A DNA stretch of 10,535 nt from Candidatus Jordarchaeia archaeon (GTDB lineage Archaea > Asgardarchaeota > Jordiarchaeia > Jordiarchaeales > Jordiarchaeaceae): contig JAHQXB010000068.1 in NCBI GenBank assembly GCA_029856435.1, positions 1-10,535 on the forward strand, given 5' to 3'. How positions within the stretch are numbered: position 1 is the first letter of the stretch; each line of letters begins with the position of its first letter. A program made the translations under genes and the position numbers. The notes beneath the pieces are model-generated. The model searched no databases, was not told the origin of the DNA, and worked only from the letters and a program-made list of their open reading frames with translations. Shown here piece after piece: positions 7,524-10,535 of the stretch.

Positions 7524-8321
7524 TCAGTATGCCCGCCAAGTCAAATTCCTTTCACAAAAATCTTGAAGCATACAGTAACCTTTACAGCCAATTTTGGACT
7601 TAATCTGACAAACAGGAGACCTAGGGCAGGAATCACATGCTATACCTTCCAGATTGTCGGAGCAACAATTGATACCTAACTGAAACGCACCATGATCAAC
7701 CATAATGCAGTCATCACTATAATTATTTGTCACCTCTTGAATTGTTGGTCTCATTTTGGAGGCTACTATAACGTTCCATCGACCTCCACTTCCCTTCTTG
7801 GCCTCATGAATTACTTCAGAAACAAGACCCGTCCTGGAAAAAATCTTGCCCACATGACCATCAACAGGCATTTCGAAAAGCGCCTTATCCCACCTGCCGT
7901 AAGACACATCTATTCCTAAATCGGGGTGGCCTATCCAAGAAACGTACATCCTCACCGCCTTTTCTCTAAGAATTGATTCAACGAGGGGGTTCCCCTGCAA
8001 AAATGAGGCCGCTTCTTTGGGAGTCCTAAACTGTGCCAACCTATCAGAAAGTTTATCCCTGTTTAGCATCATCTCATAGATTAAAAAACCTCCAACCCTA
8101 AGAACAAACCAGCCGAAGCGAGGCAAAACTCTACCTATCGCGGGAGAAATTTTATAATCATCCTTTAATGCCACTAATTTATTTATATTTATGAGACATT
8201 GTTGAGGCTTATAGAACAAGGCGTCCCCAAACAGGTTATAGATTCGTATTGCGGTTTTTCTTGCGGAAGGGGATTCAGCCTGTTGATCGAGAAAAGCCAC
8301 CAACAACAAAAATCTCGTCAA
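7524..8321 (-). CDS. Divergent endonuclease III / HhH-GPD superfamily DNA glycosylase-like protein with Cys-rich (Fe-S-like) C-terminus; main body of a probably frameshifted gene
   Basis: By-eye match to Nth. FLLLVAFLDQQAESPSARKTAIRIYNLF resembles FELLVAVILSAQxTDxxVNKAxxxLF. SILREKAVRMY has K121 at the HhH Lys position. MPVDGHVGKIFSRTG (D154) resembles VDTHVxRVxxRLG. LGINCCSDNLEGIACDSCPRSPVC resembles the Fe-S loop (C-x8-C-x2-C-x5-C versus canonical C-x6-C-x2-C-x5-C). The TTG start at 8321 is probably internal. Confidence 0.7.
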   Translation of the reverse strand: MTRFLLLVAFLDQQAESPSARKTAIRIYNLFGDALFYKPQQCLININKLVALKDDYKISPAIGRVLPRFGWFVLRVGGFLIYEMMLNRDKLSDRLAQFRTPKEAASFLQGNPLVESILREKAVRMYVSWIGHPDLGIDVSYGRWDKALFEMPVDGHVGKIFSRTGLVSEVIHEAKKGSGGRWNVIVASKMRPTIQEVTNNYSDDCIMVDHGAFQLGINCCSDNLEGIACDSCPRSPVCQIKSKIGCKGYCMLQDFCERNLTWRAY

Positions 8322-8485
8322 TTCTTCCTTATATCTAAAACCATCTCCTTTGGCAACTCGTTAATTATCTGAGCAAGCTCTAGGGGCTGGAGAATGCCTC
8401 CGACACGCCCAAGGATGCTGACAATCTGCTCTTTCTTAGAAGGCTCAGCCTCTCTTCCCACATGCGATTTAACCAAATTAATCAC
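8318..8485 (-). CDS. 55-aa ORF, probably the N-terminal part of the glycosylase-like gene (or a translationally coupled small protein); not in the ORF track
   Basis: GTG 8485: MINLVKSHVGREAEPSKKEQIVSILGRVGGILQPLELAQIINELPKEMVLDIRKN*. The glycosylase frame is open upstream of its TTG back to TAA 8363-8361 (RVAKGDGFRYKEEL). One added A in CCAAAG (~8349-8351) would fuse the two into ~320 aa (...NELPKGDGFRYKEELTRFLLL...). Confidence 0.55.
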   Translation of the reverse strand: MINLVKSHVGREAEPSKKEQIVSILGRVGGILQPLELAQIINELPKEMVLDIRKN

Positions 8486-8763
8486 ACTACACTCTACTAT
8501 TCCTGTAAAAATCCTAATTATTATTTTTCAGTTAATCAATTTTCTAAATAAACAAGGAATGAGTTCCTTAGAAATTTTGCTCTTCCAATTAATAAAAAAA
8601 TATGCAGATTCATTTTAAAATACTATGGGCATTGTTAAATTTCTGAACCATAGTCTGCTTTTACCTGTGACTCCACCCACTCAGTAAAGAAGCCTTACTC
8701 CGCAACCAGAATGAAACTATAAAAATATAGTTACTGTTGGTCTACTTTCTTGAGTAGATTAGA

Positions 8764-8770
8764 TTTATAA
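8764..8770 (+). promoter_or_regulatory. TATA-like box upstream of the SAM methyltransferase gene
   Basis: TTTATAA ~55 nt before ATG 8824, with SD-like GAGGAAGA at 8813-8820. Confidence 0.35.
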
Positions 8771-8823
8771 GATTGTTAAAGTTTTTATGTGATTCAGTTA
8801 GGCCCCATCTTTGAGGAAGACAT

Positions 8824-9612
8824 ATGTTTGAAAAACTACCTGATAAAAAACAGGTCATAGAATATGACGATGCAGGTGTTATTCCCCTCTACTATTATCC
8901 TGATACGGATTACCTTTTTAAGATGATGGGGGTTAGAACCATCGAGATGGCTCTCTTGGAAAAAAAGGATTTGGCAATGGATGTGGGGTGTGGAATAGGC
9001 AAAGAAGCAGTTATGATGGCGGAAAGAGGGGCAAGAGTGGTAGGACTTGACCCCTCCAAGATTATGGTTAAGAAGGCGAGGGACTGGGTGAATTCCTGCA
9101 AGCAGGAGGTGAGCATAGTGAGGGGGGCTGGTGAATGTCTACCTTTCAGAGACAATGCATTTGACGTCGTTACCTGTAAGGGCGCAATGGACCACTTTGC
9201 AAGCCCCCGAGCAACATTAAGAGATTTTTCAAGAGTCCTCAAACCAGAGGGGAGGGCGGTGGTTTCTCTGGCAAATTTTGAGAGTTTAGGCTTCAAAATG
9301 GCGCGAAGGATACATGCCATAAGAAGAAAACTTAAGCTTGTGGGCGATGGACCAACTCCCTGGGATGTTCCAAAGGACCACACGGTGAGGTTTGACTACC
9401 TCGTTTTAAAAGCATATATGGACGGAGTCCTGAAGAGAAGCGGAATGATAGGACACTCCATGTTTTGGAACTTGCATCGTTGGGGAAGGATCCTAAACGC
9501 TCTCCCCAAAAGGGTCTCCTGGACCATAATGCAGTTCTTGGACGAAATCGCAAAACTTTTCCCGATGCTGGGAGACATAATAATTGCTCGAGGAACACCC
9601 ATAAAAACATGA
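8824..9612 (+). CDS. Class I SAM-dependent methyltransferase (Methyltransf_11/UbiE-like fold), small-molecule substrate unknown
   Basis: Motif I MDVGCGIG, motif II VVGLDPS, GAGECLPFRDNAFDVV and post-II RVLKPEGRAVVS. No DNA-MTase [DNS]PP[YF] motif. Confidence 0.9.
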   Translation: MFEKLPDKKQVIEYDDAGVIPLYYYPDTDYLFKMMGVRTIEMALLEKKDLAMDVGCGIGKEAVMMAERGARVVGLDPSKIMVKKARDWVNSCKQEVSIVRGAGECLPFRDNAFDVVTCKGAMDHFASPRATLRDFSRVLKPEGRAVVSLANFESLGFKMARRIHAIRRKLKLVGDGPTPWDVPKDHTVRFDYLVLKAYMDGVLKRSGMIGHSMFWNLHRWGRILNALPKRVSWTIMQFLDEIAKLFPMLGDIIIARGTPIKT

Positions 9613-9834
9613 GCAAAAAAGGGGAATCAGCCTAAAAAAGGTAATCCTCCCGTCAAAATAATTTTTCTAAAATTTGGCCGATTAAAGTTTAACAGCGCAT
9701 TTTTATCAGTTTTTGAGAAAAGGGGAACATTTTTAATTTTTAAATCATAAAAGGAATGAAAAGATCGTTTTAGAGACAACTTTCCTGTAGTTACTGGTTT
9801 TAAGCCTTTCATGCAAAGAAGTGGAGGAGACTGT

Positions 9835-10174
9835 TTGCCTTTCAAGGTGGGTTTAGCGCAGAAGCGCAAGCAGTTAATAGAGGAGGAATTAAAAAGAGTT
9901 ATACCCAAGATTGTTGAGTTAGACGTTGAGAAAATCATAGTTTTTGGTTCTTTAGCAACTAATAAGGTTCACAGGTCAAGCGACTTAGACATCCTCATCA
10001 TAAAGAGGGCCGGCAAAAAATTTCTCGATAGGCTGGAAGAATTCTACCAGCCTTTAAAACCCAGCTTGGCAATGAATATATTTGTACACGCCTGAAGAAT
10101 TTGAGGATATGAAGCTGACCAATCAATTTATAAAATCCGCCCTGAAAAATGGAGAGGTTATATATGAAAAATAG
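9835..10174 (+). pseudogene. Minimal nucleotidyltransferase (MNT) antitoxin, frameshifted
   Basis: IIVFGSLATNKVHRSSDLDILII is the GS-x10-DxD signature. Likely start is TTG 9835 after GGAGG 9823-9827. The frame stops at 10093-10095, but the frame shifted at ~10084-10087 (2 nt missing) continues YTPEEFEDMKLTNQFIKSALKNGEVIYEK* to TAG 10172-10174, the typical MNT C-terminus. Confidence 0.85.
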
Positions 10175-10451
10175 AACATTGGAAGCGAAGAGGTGGTTTT
10201 CATAGGCAATCCAAGATTTGGGCGACGCAAGGTTCAACCATTCAGGGAAAAGGTATAATGTGGCCTGTTTTCTAGCACAGCAATCTGAAGAAAAAGCTTT
10301 AAAGGCATACCTTTTTATGAAGGACGCTGAAGAGGTGTGGGGACGCTACGCTGCAGAACTATGCAAAGATGCGAAAAATTTCGACCCAAAATTTAGCACA
10401 ATAAAATCAAACGCCGTAATCAACAGTTCCAAAATATATAGGCTTATATAG
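10164..10451 (+). pseudogene. HEPN-domain protein (MNT partner) with premature stop and lost C-terminus
   Basis: ATG 10164 overlaps the MNT end: MKNRTLEAKRWFS*AIQDLGDARF...YNVACFLAQQSEEKALKAYL...VWGRYAAELC. The in-frame TAG 10203-10205 sits where Gln is usual (W-x-x-Q-A-x-x-D-L). The usual WGH reads WGR, and no C-terminal YIPTRY-like motif appears before the stop at 10451. Confidence 0.85.
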
Positions 10452-10535
10452 GCGTTAGTTTATTGTTTATGTGTACCTGAAGATGGAGGGAGTTCCCCAC
10501 GAGAGAGGATTGTGGGACAAAAACATCCTCCCGAC

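Noticed and set aside
4772-7919. ORFs 4772..4999, 5495..5728, 6624..6857, 6924..7133 and 7692..7919
   Set aside because: Short, antisense to better-supported genes, and without motifs.
7524-8321. Calling this gene the housekeeping nth/mutY, or a MIG T:G repair enzyme
   Set aside because: It lacks the canonical LPGVGxK/YTA hairpin, has extra insertions and cysteines, and its neighbour is an amino-MTase rather than an m5C MTase. A repair role is not excluded, but orthology is unsupported.
6200-8800. Flanking direct repeats/att sites or a clear GC shift delimiting the glycosylase-MTase cassette
   Set aside because: No convincing direct repeat found by eye. Spot checks of GC in individual 60-nt lines varied too much inside the cassette to support a shift; this needs computation.
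8824-9612. Second methyltransferase as part of the DNA modification cassette
   Set aside because: It is divergently transcribed, lacks a DNA-MTase catalytic motif, and looks like a generic small-molecule class I MTase.
4847-10205. Both premature stops (4847-4849 and 10203-10205) are TAG, suggesting pyrrolysine or amber readthrough
   Set aside because: TAG is the natural stop of the MBL gene (5265-5263) and the reconstructed MNT (10172-10174). Both genes carry additional lesions that readthrough would not fix, and no pyl genes are in the window.
8394-10237. ORFs 8394..8618, 8910..9383, 9332..9616, 9396..9602, 9627..9938 and 9998..10237
   Set aside because: Antisense to, or overlapping, motif-supported genes or AT-rich intergenic DNA; no family signature.
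10485-10531. Imperfect inverted repeat (GGAGG...CCCAC / GTGGG...CCTCC) at the window end as an IS/MITE end or structured RNA
   Set aside because: The stems are only 5 bp with large asymmetric bulges, and the region may simply be the 3' end of a gene continuing outside the window; it cannot be judged here.

Overview
Archaeal-looking window (BRE/TATA promoters, GGAGG-type RBS; Asgard-like by inference only). The left 4.2 kb encodes one large membrane-anchored surface glycoprotein. The rest is an accessory stretch: a decayed AbrB/VapC toxin-antitoxin (TA) pair, an MBL-fold hydrolase, a minus-strand three-gene cassette, a class I SAM methyltransferase and a decayed MNT/HEPN pair. The cassette is the most interesting part. 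It consists of a divergent endonuclease III/HhH-GPD-like DNA glycosylase (apparently split by a 1-nt frameshift), a 52-aa ribbon-helix-helix (RHH)-like ORF missing from the ORF track, and a beta-class SPPY DNA methyltransferase. No conventional restriction nuclease is visible, so this is a candidate glycosylase-based restriction-modification-like system. All family calls are by-eye motif recognition; no searches were run. I saw no tRNA, rRNA, CRISPR array, transposase or integrase.
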